A stretch of DNA of 64,000 nucleotides. It comes from Eledone cirrhosa. Lineage: Eukaryota. A model generated the notes under the pieces. The model was not told the DNA's origin and ran no database searches. It was given only the letters and a program-made list of their open reading frames with translations. A program made the translations under genes and the position numbers. Positions 37,794-50,719 of the stretch are shown here, in pieces (positions within the stretch are counted from its first letter, which is position 1; each line of letters starts with the position of its first letter). The DNA lies in the NCBI GenBank assembly GCA_964016885.1, contig OZ024742.1, positions 63,612,001 to 63,676,000 of the forward strand. The letters run 5' to 3'.

Positions 37794-39697
37794 AACTATA
37801 GAGGCATTAAATTAATCGACCAGGTCATGAAGGTCACGGAAAAAGTAATAGCGCAACTAATCAGAGAGAGAATTGATCTAGATGAAATGCAGTTTGGGTT
37901 TGTGTCAGGCAAAAGTACCACAGACGCTCTTTTCATTGTACGACAACTACAGGAGAAGTACCTAGCTAAAAGTAAACCCCTATACTTAGCTTTTGTTGAC
38001 TTGGAGAAAGCCTTTGACAGAGTCCCCCGTTCCATTATCTGGTGGGCTCTTAGAAAACTAGGTGTTGACGAATGGCTTGTGAGAGCTATACAAGCCATGT
38101 ATAAAGAAACAGTCAGCAAGGTTAGAATTAACAACGAATATAGTGAAGAGTTTAGCGTAAAAGTTGGTGTCCATCAGGGCTCTGTTCTTAGCCCCCTACT
38201 ATTTATTATTGCCCTTCAGGCTATAACAGAGGAGTTCAAGACCGGTTGATCTAACGCTCACAGCTGAATCAATGGCCGAGCTAGAGAAGAAATTCCAAAC
38301 ATGGAAGCACGGCCTAGAATCAAAAGGCCTTAAAATTAACCTGGCTAAGACTAAAGTTCTAGTTTGTAGGAAAGAAAATAAGGCGCCGGTCCCTTCCGAG
38401 AAATGGCCATGCTCAGTGTGTAGGAAAGGCGTAGGTAGAAACTCTATTTTATGTCCCAAATGCAAAGTATGGGTGCATAAAAGATGTAGTGGGATCACAG
38501 GTAAGCTAAAATAAGAACATAGATTTTACATGTGGCCGGTGCTCTGGTGCAATAGGTAGCAGCAAGTGCCCACAGAATACTAGCTCTTTCAATTGCGCAG
38601 AGGGTTCTATAGAAATAGTGGACAGCTTCTGTTACCTGGGCGACAAAATCAGCAGTGGGGGAGGGTGCTCTGAAAGTACAGTAGCTAGAGTCAGAACTGG
38701 TTGGAAAAAGTTCAGAGAGCTTATACCACTATTAACCGCTAAAGGGTTCTCCCTAAGAATGAAAGGCAGGTCGTATGATGCCTGCATACGAACAGCAATG
38801 TTGCATGGCAGTGAGACCTGGGCATTGTGTGCAGAGGATATACGCAGACTAGAGAGGAACAAAGCTTGCATGCTCCGCTGAATGTGTAATAATAACATAC
38901 GTGAACGGCAAAGCATATGCGAACTAAGGGAAAAATTAGAAATAAGAGGGATCAGATGTTGTTTACTCGAGAGAAGGCTACTTTGGTATGGTCACGTGAT
39001 GCGCATGAAAGACGACAGCTGTATAACAGAGTGCAGGGCAATGAAGATAGACGGTAGCTACGGAATAGGCAGACCCAGAAAAACCTGGGACGACTTGATA
39101 AATTCCGACCTCACACACTTACACCTCTCCAAGACAATGTCACTGGACCGAGACCTTTGGCGGTACTCAGTAATAGAGAAGACCCGCCTTACCTAATAAC
39201 AAAGTAAAACCTACTACAGCCAGTAGGCATCTCTAACAAAATACACCCCCGTCCCACCACCCCCACCCCATCCACACCGCCCCTTCAATGTAAAGTTATG
39301 TTGGTGCACAACATCCAGGCCGAAACAAATGAGATCGTGTAGGTGTCACGACAAAAAAACACACAGTCCACGCTGTAATGTGGCCGTGTAGGCAACATGG
39401 TAAAAACCTCCCAGCCCCATACTGTAAATGTGGTTGGTGTTAGGAAGGGCATCCAGATGTAATAAACCTGCCAGACAGTCCACGCTGTAATGTGGCCGTG
39501 TAGGCAACACGGTAAAAACCTCCCAGCCCCACACTGTAAATGTGGTTGGTGTTAGGAAGGGCATCCAGCTGTAGAAAACCCGCCAGACAGTCCTATGCGA
39601 GCAAGACAATCACTCTTGCCTCAAGTGGGAAAACCCCCGTCCAAACCCATGCAAGCGTGGAACACGGACGTTAAACGTTGATGATGATGATGATGAT
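37794..39697 (+). mobile_element. 5'-truncated RTE-A copy (YADD motif deleted, several stops)
   Basis: ORFs 37827..38249, 38272..38514, 38618..38881 and 38882..39196, then 3' UTR and (GAT)n. Confidence 0.95.
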
Positions 39698-40464
39698 ATA
39701 TATATACATATATACATACATATATATATATACATATATACATATATATATATATACATATATACATACATATATATACATATATACATACATATATACA
39801 TATATATACATATATATACATATATATATATATATACATATATGTATATATATGTATATATATATATATGTATATATATGTATATATATATACATATATA
39901 TGTATATATACATATATATGTCATCATTATCATCATCATTTCATTTTACGTCCGCTTTCCCTGCTTGCAAGGGTGGGACAGGAACTGATTTTGGCTTGAT
40001 TTCTACAGCTGGATGCCCTTCCTAACACAAACCCCATTTACAGTGAGTGCTGGGTGCTTTTATGCCTTGGCACCTCCACGACCACTTTGCAGTGGAATGA
40101 TATGGACCCCAGTCCCTATCATCTCATTTCTACAGCTGAGTAAACTGGAGCAATGTGAAATAAAGTGTCTTGCTCAAGGAAACAACACATCACCCAGTCT
40201 GAGAATTGAACTCACAACCTTTCGATTGCAATGCCAATGCTCTAACCACTAAGCCATGTGCCTCCAAAATAATTGTTTCTACTTTAGGCACAAGGCCAGC
40301 AATTACCCAGTTACATTACTGGTACTTTATTTCATCGATCCCATAAGGATGAAAGGCAAAGTTAACCTCGGCGGGTTTGAACTCAGACTGTAAAGGGACG
40401 TAACTATGCTAGAAAGCATGGCGTCCAACCCTCTACCGATACTGCCAATTCACCGCCCTGTATG

Positions 40465-40621
<157 letters not shown>

Positions 40622-40624
40622 TTG

Positions 40625-40660
<36 letters not shown>

Positions 40661-41317
40661 AACGAGTAAGACCCTGACGGCTGAGCTCAAGCCGATACGA
40701 CGGCTAATTCTGGACTCATAATAATGTCCAGAATTAGCCGTCGAAACGGCTTGAGCTCAGCCGTCGGGGTCTTACTCGTTCCTATTACTCACTCTACTAC
40801 CCTAAGTATTGAGTACTTTGGTGCGTTATGGTCCACCTGGTTCCTTACCACATTTCCTTCGTTATATATATATATATATCTACTTTAAATATATATATTA
40901 TGCTACTTCGAAAGTCAAAAATCCCGCTTCTACACCCTTCACCCTCCATCTACCACGAGGGGCTGCGGTCAGCCACTCTCTCTCTCCCCCTTCCCCTCAC
41001 TCTCTCTCTTCCCCTCTCTCTCTCTCTTAGCTACACACATATATATATATATATATAAGATAAGTTCTCCTTCATGTTTATTCACTTTTCGCCAATCCAT
41101 CGCTGCTTCAATTATCCCTACTACGGTGTACCCATGTAATCGTAACGTACACATTTTTCTATCTACTCCACGCTCCAATTTCGTACATAGTCCAAACATC
41201 CAATCTTGCAAAATCCGAAATCTGTATTTTTTGTTATTTATTTAGGTTTAAATACGGTTGTTTTTGTCGTATTGAACAGAACAAATCTTGCAGTTTTGCT
41301 TTTTGTTAATCGCTTGT

Positions 41318-41495
41318 TAAACATTCATAACCTTCCAGCTAAACATTCATAACCTTCCAGCTAGCTACCCCACACCCCTCCCACCCGCCCCCACACACCA
41401 CCATTCTTAATACGTGGACCAATCATAAGCCAGAGCCCCCCCCCCCACGCATCACCATTATTATTATTACGCGGACCAATCATAAGCCAGAGGCC
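41318..41495 (+). promoter_or_regulatory. Candidate internal promoter of the RTE 5' UTR
   Basis: 22-bp tandem duplication taaacattcataaccttccagc and two copies of ggaCCAATcataagccagag. Confidence 0.4.
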
Positions 41496-41792
41496 TATAC
41501 TATCGCTTGCCCGGTTGCCTTCGATATATGATGGATGGATGGATGGATGGACGGACTGCGGAATCCTGGAGAGTGGAAGGGAGAGAAAAATCTGGACGCT
41601 CAGAGCGAAAATGCCAAAGTTAAAGTCAAATTCACCTCGTGGACGAGAATGCGAGCACTCCTCTTTGTTTCGTCCGCGGATGGTTAACATAACCCCATCT
41701 CCCCCCGCCACCCTCCAAACGCAATCCAAAACTTCAGAGTTGGTACCATAAATGTAGGCACCCTAAAGGGTCGCGCTAACGAGGTTGTAGAA

Positions 41793-44513
41793 ATGCTTGA
41801 ACGTAAGGAGGTCGATGTTTGTTGTATTCAAGAGACCAGGTGGAGGGGTGGGTCTGCTAGATTCATTGAGGGTAAAAAACGATGTTATAAGCTTTTCTGG
41901 GTGGGAAACGACGATGGGCTGGGTGGAGTAGGAATCATGGTAGCAGGAAAGTGGGCAGATAAGATAATAGACGTAAATAGAGTGAACGACAGAATAATTA
42001 AAATACGACTTGTCCTCAATAGAACTACGGTGACAGTAATATCTGCGTACGCACCCCAATCCGGACTGCCCGGCACTATAAAAGACAGATTCTATGAGAC
42101 ACTGTTGCTAACTACCTCCCAAATATCTGACAGTGACTATATAATTATTGCAGGCGACCTAAATGGTCACGTTGGACAACATTGTGACGGCTACGACGAA
42201 ATCCATGGAGGCTATGGGTTTGGTACTAGAAATGAGGAAGGCTCCAGAATCCTGGAATTCTGTGATGCAAATAACCTAACTATCTGTAACACTAACTTCA
42301 AAAAACGTGACAATCACCTGATCACCTATAGATCCGGGGAACACACAAGCCAGGTAGATTATATCCTTACCAGAAGACGTGACAGAGTGTCTGTTGTAAA
42401 CACTAAATCCCTCCCCCATGAAGAATGCACCTCCCAACATAGACTGATAATTAGCGACCTCATAGTCAGGACGAGACGTACTCGACAGCAGAAGAGGACT
42501 ATCCTCAGGAGAAAAATATGGAAGCTAAAGGACCCCACAGCCAGAAATAAATTTCAAAGCATATTACTTGATGCTTTCGACAGTGAGGAAGAACATTTAG
42601 AGTCGGACAATATAGAGGGACAGTGGGAATTTCTGAAAGCAAACCTGCTGTTGGCGACAGACAAAGTCTGTGGCTGGAGCAGGCCTGTAGGCAGGAGGAG
42701 AGTAACATGGTGGTGGAACAGTAAGGTGGAGGGGTCAATTAAGGCCAAAAAGCAGGCTTGGAAAGTATGGCGGGATGGGGGAAGTAGAGTAGACTATCAA
42801 GTGGCCAGGAGGGAAGCTAGGAGAGAAGTGTACTTAGCAAGAAGGGAAGCTGAGGAAAGAAAGTTCAAGCATGTTCTACAACGCGATGACCAAAAACGTG
42901 AGGTGTTCAGGATTGCTAGGCAATGCGTCAAGGAAAACCGTGATATTGTCGGGGAGAAGTGTGTACTTAACGATGATTGCATACTTGCCATCACCGACAC
43001 TGATAAGAAGGTAGCTTGGAAGTGTCACTATGAAAGGCTACTAAATGAGGAGAATAAATGGGAGAAAGACAGTCTCCCCCATATCGACCCAATAGAGGGA
43101 CCAGCAGTGTTAGTCGAGGGGAGTATAATAATTAAGGCAATCAAGGATATGAAGACGGGTAAGGCGGCAGGGCCTTCGGAAATAGTTGCTGAGATGCTGA
43201 AGGCATCTGGCACGGTGGGACACACCATGGTCACCCGCATAGTTAACCAAGTCGTACAGAATGGGGTTGTTCCGAAGGACTGGCATAGCAGCATCATCGT
43301 TAACTGTTATAAGGGTAAAGGAGACGCCCTAGATAGGAGTAACTATAGAGGCATTAAATTAATCGACCAGGTCATGAAGGTCACGGAAAAAGTAATAGCG
43401 CAACTAATCAGAGAGAGAATTGACCTAGATGAAATGCAGTTCGGGTTTGTGTCAGGCAAAAGTACCACAGACGCTCTTTTCATAGTACGACAACTACAGG
43501 AGAAGTACCTAGCTAAAGGTAAACCCCTCTACTTAGCTTTTGTCGACTTGGAGAAAGCCTTCGACAGAGTCCCCCGCTCCATTATCTGGTGGGCTCTTAG
43601 AAAACTAGGCGTTGACGAATGGCTTGTGAGGGCTATACAAGCCATGTATAAAGAAACAGTCAGCAAGGTTAGAATTAACAACGAATATAGTGAAGAGTTT
43701 AGCGTAAAAGTTGGCGTCCATCAGGGCTCTGTTCTCAGCCCCCTACTATTTATTATTGCCCTTCAGGCTATAACAGAGGAGTTCAAGACAGGCTGCCCAT
43801 GGGAACTCCTATACGCAGACGACCAGACACTCATAGCGGAATCAATGGCCGAGCTAGAGAAGAAATTCCAAACATGGAAGCACGGCCTAGAGTCAAAAGG
43901 ACTTAAAATTAACCTGGCTAAGACCAAAGTTCTAGTTTGTAGGAAAGAAAACAAGGCGGCAGTCCCTTCTGGGAAATGGTCGTGCTCGGTGTGTAGGAAA
44001 GGCGTAGGTAGAAACTCCATTTTATGTCCCAAATGCAAAGTATGGGTGCATAAAAGATGTAGTGGGATCACAGGTAAGCTAACTAAGAACATAGATTTTA
44101 CATGTGGCCGGTGTTCTGGTGCAATAAGTAGCAGCAAGTGCCCACAAAATACTAGCTCTTTCAATTGCGCAGAGGGTTCTATAGAAATAGTGGACAGCTT
44201 CCGTTACCTGGGTGATAAAATCAGCAGTGGGGGAGGGTGCTCAGAAAGTACTGTAGCTAGAGTCAGAACTGGTTGGAAAAAGTTCAGAGAGCTTATACCA
44301 CTATTAGCTGCTAAAGGGTTCTCCCTAAAAATGAAAGGCAGGTTGTACGATGCCTGCATACGAACAGCAATGTTGCATGGCAGTGAGACATGGGCATTGT
44401 GTGCAGAGGATATACGCAGACTAGAGAGGAACGAAGCTTGCATGCTCCGCTGGATGTGTAACAGTAATATACGTGAACGGCAAAGCAGAAACGAACTAAG
44501 GAAAACAAATTAG
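41793..44513 (+). CDS. RTE ORF (endonuclease-reverse transcriptase-PHD), truncated by a late frameshift
   Basis: DVCCIQETRW, AGDLNGHVG, QVDY, SQHRL (APE); FVDLEKAFD, QGSVLSP, YADD, FRYLG (RT). Confidence 0.9.
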   Translation: MLERKEVDVCCIQETRWRGGSARFIEGKKRCYKLFWVGNDDGLGGVGIMVAGKWADKIIDVNRVNDRIIKIRLVLNRTTVTVISAYAPQSGLPGTIKDRFYETLLLTTSQISDSDYIIIAGDLNGHVGQHCDGYDEIHGGYGFGTRNEEGSRILEFCDANNLTICNTNFKKRDNHLITYRSGEHTSQVDYILTRRRDRVSVVNTKSLPHEECTSQHRLIISDLIVRTRRTRQQKRTILRRKIWKLKDPTARNKFQSILLDAFDSEEEHLESDNIEGQWEFLKANLLLATDKVCGWSRPVGRRRVTWWWNSKVEGSIKAKKQAWKVWRDGGSRVDYQVARREARREVYLARREAEERKFKHVLQRDDQKREVFRIARQCVKENRDIVGEKCVLNDDCILAITDTDKKVAWKCHYERLLNEENKWEKDSLPHIDPIEGPAVLVEGSIIIKAIKDMKTGKAAGPSEIVAEMLKASGTVGHTMVTRIVNQVVQNGVVPKDWHSSIIVNCYKGKGDALDRSNYRGIKLIDQVMKVTEKVIAQLIRERIDLDEMQFGFVSGKSTTDALFIVRQLQEKYLAKGKPLYLAFVDLEKAFDRVPRSIIWWALRKLGVDEWLVRAIQAMYKETVSKVRINNEYSEEFSVKVGVHQGSVLSPLLFIIALQAITEEFKTGCPWELLYADDQTLIAESMAELEKKFQTWKHGLESKGLKINLAKTKVLVCRKENKAAVPSGKWSCSVCRKGVGRNSILCPKCKVWVHKRCSGITGKLTKNIDFTCGRCSGAISSSKCPQNTSSFNCAEGSIEIVDSFRYLGDKISSGGGCSESTVARVRTGWKKFRELIPLLAAKGFSLKMKGRLYDACIRTAMLHGSETWALCAEDIRRLERNEACMLRWMCNSNIRERQSRNELRKTN

Positions 44514-47019
44514 AGATAAGAGGGATCAGATGTTGTTTACTCGAGAGAAGGCTACATTGGTATGGACACGTGATGCGCATGAAAGTCGATAGCTGTATAA
44601 CAAAGTGCAGGGCAATAAAGATAGACGGTAGTCACGGAATAGGCAGACCTAGAAAAACCTGGGAAAAGCTGATAAACTTCGACATCACACACTTACACCT
44701 CTCCAAGACAATGTCACTGGACCGAGACCTTTGGCGGTACTCAGTAACAGAGAAGACCCGCCTTACCTAAATATATATAGTAAAACCTACTCCAGCCAGT
44801 AGGCATCTCTAACAAAATACACCCCGTCCCACCCCCACCACCCCCACCCCATCCACACCACCCCGTTCTATGTAAAGTTATGTTGTTGCCGCGCCATCCA
44901 GGCCGAAACAAATGAGATCGTGTAGGCCGAAACAAATGAGATCGTGTAGGCCGAAACAAATGAGATCGTGTAGGTGTCACGACAAAAAAACACACAGTCC
45001 ACGCTGTAATGTGGCCGTGTAGGCAACACGGTAAAAACCTCCCAGACCCACACTGTAAATGTGGTTGGTGTTAGGAAGGGCATCCAACTGTAGAAAACCT
45101 GCCAGACAGTCCTATGCGAGCAAGACAATCACTCTTGCCTCAAGTGGGACTACCCCCGTCCAAACCCATGCGAGCGTGGAACACGGACGTTAAACGTTGA
45201 TGATGATGATGATGATGATGATACACATATACCTGGCCATGTATGAAGTCAACTGCACGCACACATGGTGGTCAGTGGATGTGGGTGTGCATGTGTGTGC
45301 GAGTGCACATGTTCATGTGCAGTTACAGAGGTGTTAGCGCATCTTTGTGCTTGTGTATGTGAGTGGATGTGCTGGTGAAAGTGTTCATGGGTTTTTGGGG
45401 GTTGGTATGTGTGTATGGATGTGTGAGTAAAAGGATGGTGGGTGTGGGGAAGGTGCTGGCAAGCAGAAAATTGGTGTTGCATTTAAACCGTGGGGGGAGC
45501 AAAAATTTGGAGAGAAAAAATGAAATGCTGTTCCCTCCTGAGGCATGAACCCAGTAGGCTGGCATAGGTGACGAGGCTGAAAATTGTGAGGTGGTTCATG
45601 GAGTGTTGGGAAGAGCAGAAATGCGGGGCGATGGGTGATGGGTTGCCCAGTCAAATGTCACAGAGGTGCTCACCATATCTGTCTGCCAAACAATGGCCAA
45701 TTTGAACAATATAAACGGCCTCACATAGTATGTACCGGATCCCGTAAACAAGACTCATGAAGATACAGCAGGAGTCCCTAATGAAGAGTATTTGGCTGGT
45801 GAGTCTGGTGAGAGTAGTGGGTCAGTAAGGAAACGACAAGCGTGACAGCAGGGTTGGGAGCAGGGGTCAGATCCAGGAGATGAGTTGCAGGGAGGAAGTG
45901 AGCTGCAGATGAGATTTCAGCAGTTGCATGCACACTTTCAGGTGAGGGGTGGGAGGTAGAAAATGGGGAAAGTGGAGATGTCCGACATAAGGCTGCAGAA
46001 GAGATAGAGGATTGTCCTCTAGAAGGGCAAGGTTGTTGGGTGGTAGGTAAGGAAGAAGGGTAGCCAGCTTGTAGATGTGGGAGGCGTGGTGTGACGGCAG
46101 TGTTGCCAGACGGCAGAAGACCTACAGAGGCTACAAAGACATAAGTTGAGTATTCCCTGATGGATTTGCAGCATTAGTGTGCATGAATGACACAGCACAA
46201 GCAAACATAGGGAAAAAATTAGCATAAGAGGAATTGGATGTCGTGTGTAAGAGAGAAGACTGCATTGATATGGACATGTGATGTGCATGGAAGATAGCTG
46301 CTGCATAAAGAAATGCAGAGAAACCCCAGTGGTTGGGATCTGTGGAAGAGGCAGACCCAGGAAGACATTGGATGAGTTTATGAAATCTGACTGTAAAAAG
46401 CTAAACCTAACAGAAGCTAAATTTAACAGAAATGACTAATGACTGCAAAAGCTGGCACTATGCAGTGCAAAGCTGAAGAAGACCCAGCCTGCAGTATACA
46501 ATGTGACCTGACCTACCCCCTTCCACTAGCACTCCCTAACAGCTATTCTCAACATCACTACTTCAACAAACTGTCCTCTTCCACATTCCTAGTACCTGCT
46601 ACTCTGTCTCTCCCGTGAAGTAGTTGGTGATCAAAGGGCATTCAGCCGTGGAGGGCTTGCCAAAAAAAAAGACAGCCTCCCTAATGTTGTTTCTTTCCAT
46701 GATAAATGCACCCAGTACATGCTGTAAATCAGTTGGTGATAGGCAGTGCATCCATCTGTAGAAATATTACAAAACAAAGTGAGGAACCTCAGTTGTGTCA
46801 AAAGCATGACACCCTCTCCTGGACACACGATGGAATGTGAGACTGTACATAAGCAAAACACAGATCCCTGGCCTGCCTGGGAGATCAGTGGCTCCACTTC
46901 AGCACTGACATGGTCTGTGTGGGCCCATCTAATCTTTGGTAGTAAGGAATGTGATGATGATGTACATATATATATATATATATATGCATATACATAAATA
47001 CATATACATAAATTCATAT

Positions 47020-47178
<159 letters not shown>

Positions 47179-47736
47179 TTAGTGGTTAGAGCATTGGCCT
47201 TGCAATCGAAAGGTTGTGAGTTCAATTCTCAGACCGGGTGATGTGTTGTGTCCTTGAGCAAGACACTTTATTTCACATTGCTCCAGTTTACTCAGCTGTA
47301 GAAATGAGATAGGGGTCCCTATCATTCCACTGCAAAGTGGTCATGGAGGTGCCATAGCAAAAAAGCACCTAGCGCACACTGTAAAGTGGATATGTAGGCG
47401 CCACGGAAAAAAAGCACCCAGCACTCACTGTAAATGAGGTTGGTGTTAGGAAGGGCATCCAGCTGTAGAAATAAAGCCAGAATTAGTTCTCGTCTCACCC
47501 TTGCAAGCAGGGAAAAGCGGACGTAAAATGATGATGATGATATATTTGAACAGTATGACAAATAATATATAAGATTTTGTAATTTCAAATAGTTCAGGGT
47601 AGGTTTGTTTGGGGCTAATGAGGTTTCGATTTGCTAGGCAAGATAGCCCTGTAGCATTTTAAAATAATTTTATCTGTTAGTCACTGTAGATAATAAGTAT
47701 TAATTATTGTTTATTGTATCATTACGGACACACTTC

Positions 47737-50073
47737 TGATATTGTCGGGGAGAAGTGTGTCCGTAATGATAATGGTGTACTTGCGCTCACTGATACTGAT
47801 AAGAAGATAGCCTGGAAGTGTCACTACGAGAGACTATTAAATGAGGAGAATAAATGGGAAAAAGATAGTCTGCCCCAAATCGATCCAATAGAAGGACCAG
47901 CGGTGCAAGTTAAAGGTAGTATAATAAGTAAGGCAATCAAAGATATGAAGACAGGCAAGGCAGCTGGGCCTTCGGAGATAGTTGCTGAGATGTTGAAGGC
48001 ATCTGGTATGGTGGGACACACTATGGTCACCTGTATAGTTAACCAAGTAATACAGAATGATCTAATGCAGATGATCTAACACTCATAGCTGAATCAATGG
48101 CTGAACTAGAGAAGAAATTCGAAACATGGAAGCATGGCCTAGAATCAAAAGGCCTTAAAGTTAACTTGTCTAAGACTAAAGTTCTAGTTTGTCATATCGA
48201 ATGACTGGCGTAGTAGCATCATCATTAACTGCTACAAGGGTAAAGGGGATGCTCTAGATAGGGGAAACTATAGAGGCATTAAGTTAGTTGACCAGGTCAT
48301 GAAGGTCACAGAAAGAGTTATAGCGCAACTAATCAGAGAGCGAATTGATCTAGATGAAATGCAGTTTGGGTTTGTGTCAGGTAAAAGTACCACAGATGCT
48401 CTTTTCCTTGTACGACAACTACAAGAGAAGTACCTAGCTAAAAGTAAACCCTTCTACATAGCTTTTGTAGACCTGGATAAAGCTTTTGACAGAGTCCCCT
48501 GCTCCATTATCTGGTGGGCTCTTAGAAAATTAGGTGTAGATGAATGGCTTGTGAGAGCTATACAAGCTATGTATAATGAAACAGTCAGTAAGGTTAGAAT
48601 TAACAATGAATATTGTGAAGAATTTAGTGTAAAAGTTGGCGTTCATCAAGGCTCTGTCCTTAGCCCCCTCTTATTTATTATTGCCCTTCAGGCTATAACA
48701 GAGGAGTTCAAGACCGGCTGCCCATCGGAACTCCTATAAGCAGATGATCTAACGCTCATAGCTGAATCAATGGCTGAACTAGAGAAGAAATTCCAAACAT
48801 GGAAGCATGGCCTAGAATCAAAAGGCCTTAAAGTTAACTTGTCTAAGACTAAAGTTCTAGTTTGTAAAAGGAAAATAGGGCACAGGTGCCCTCAGGGAAA
48901 TGGCCATGCTCAGTGTGTAGGAAAGGAGTAGGCAGAAATTCCATTTTATGTCCCAAATGCAAAGTATGGGTACATAAAAGATGTAGTGGGATCACAGGTA
49001 AACTATCTAAGAACGTAGACTTTATATGTGGCCAATGCTCAGGTACAATAAGTAGCAAGTGTCCAAAGGATACTAGCTCCTTCTATTGCCCAGATGGTTC
49101 TATAAAAATAGTAGACACTTTCCGTTACCTGGGTGACGAAATCAGCAGTGGTGGAGGGTGTTCTGAAAGTACAGTAGCCAGAGTCAGAACGGGATGGAAA
49201 AAGTTCAGAGAGCTTATACAGCAGTTGGGCACAAAAGGTTTCTCTCTAAAAATGAAAGGCAGATTGTATGATGCTTGTATTCGAACAGCAATACTACATG
49301 GCAGTGAGACATGGGCATTATGTGCAGAGGACCTGCGTAGACTGGAAAGGAACGAAGCATGCATGCTCCATTGGATGTATAATAGTAATATACGTGAACG
49401 GCAAAGCATAAATGAACTAAGTGAGAAATTAGGAATAAGAGGGATCAGATGCTGTTTATTTGAGAGAAGACTACGTTGGTATGGTCACGTGATGCGCATG
49501 AAAGACAACAGCTGCATAAAAAAGTGCAGGACGATCAAAATTGATGGTAGTTACGGAGTAGGTAGACCCAGAAAAACCTGGGATGATCTGATAAATTCCG
49601 ACCTCACACACTTACATCTCTCTAAGACAATGTCTCTGGACCGAGATCTTTGGTGCTACGCAGTAATACAGAAGACCCGCCTTGCCTATGTACAAAGTGA
49701 AACCTACAGTCAGTAGGCACCTCTTAACCAAATATACACCCCAATCAAATACCCCTACCCTATCCTCCCAATCCCACCAACAGCATGAGAAAATGAGATC
49801 GAGATCGTGTAGGTGTCACGACAAAAAAAAAAACACACACACACAGTCCACGCTGTAATGTGGCCGTGTAGGTAACACGGTAAAAAGTTCCCAGTTCCAC
49901 ACTGTAAATGTGGTTGGTGTTAGGAAGGGCATCCAGCCGTAGAAAACCTGCCAGATAGTCCTATATGAGCGAGACACGGTCACCCGACCAGTCTTACCTC
50001 AAGTGGGACAACTCCCGTCTAACCCATGCTAACGTGGAAAATGGACGTTAAACGAAGATGATGATGAGATGAT
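47737..50073 (+). mobile_element. 5'-truncated, older RTE-A subfamily copy
   Basis: ORFs 47714..48079, 48299..48739 and 48886..49716, then 3' UTR and a decayed (GAT)n. Confidence 0.95.
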
Positions 50074-50719
50074 GTTATACAGAAACTGCAAAATATGACA
50101 GCAGTAGCTTGAAAAAGTCTGTCTCCCCCCATACTAGTATATAGAGCATGATTGTGGTTGAGTTTACGGAGTATGAGTCAATAAATATGGATGATACCTG
50201 AGGTAGAAATTATGGATTATGTCTTGGATCTAGTATAGACATTTAATTTGTAATTGCTTTTGATTTTAATGAGTATTGTTTGCAGGTTTGGCATTGAATT
50301 GTCTTATCTCCTTAATTGTCTTATCTCCTTACATATCAACAAGAAATTCCACGATTTCTATACAATGGTCTGGCCCTATCAAGCCATACAAGCAGCCATT
50401 ACCTCAACACATATAGAAAGAATCTAATAACCACTTTAGCAATCTTCTTCTCCACCCACTTATTCCTGAGAGTGTCATGGGATCAGAGTCCTCAAACACT
50501 CCTTCCAATGGGTGCTGTCAGAAGTAACTGTCTCTAACTGATCCAGCTGGAACCCCAAGCATGATCAGCCAAGCTCATAGATGTTATCCAACGATCTTGC
50601 TCGGGGTCTACCCTTGAATCTCCTGCCGCTTGGTTTTCCCCGTAAAATGTGCCCAGCGATTCTTTCCTGAGACATTCTAACTACAAGCTCATATAGGAGC
50701 TGTGATCTCTCAATTGAAG

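Larger units (their letters stand above)
41057..45222 (+). mobile_element. Near full-length RTE LINE (family A): 5' UTR, APE endonuclease, RT with inserted PHD finger, 3' UTR, (GAT)n tail
   Basis: 906-aa ORF 41793..44513 plus frameshifted tail 44570..44770; 5' boundary approximate (directly after (TA)n). Confidence 0.95.
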
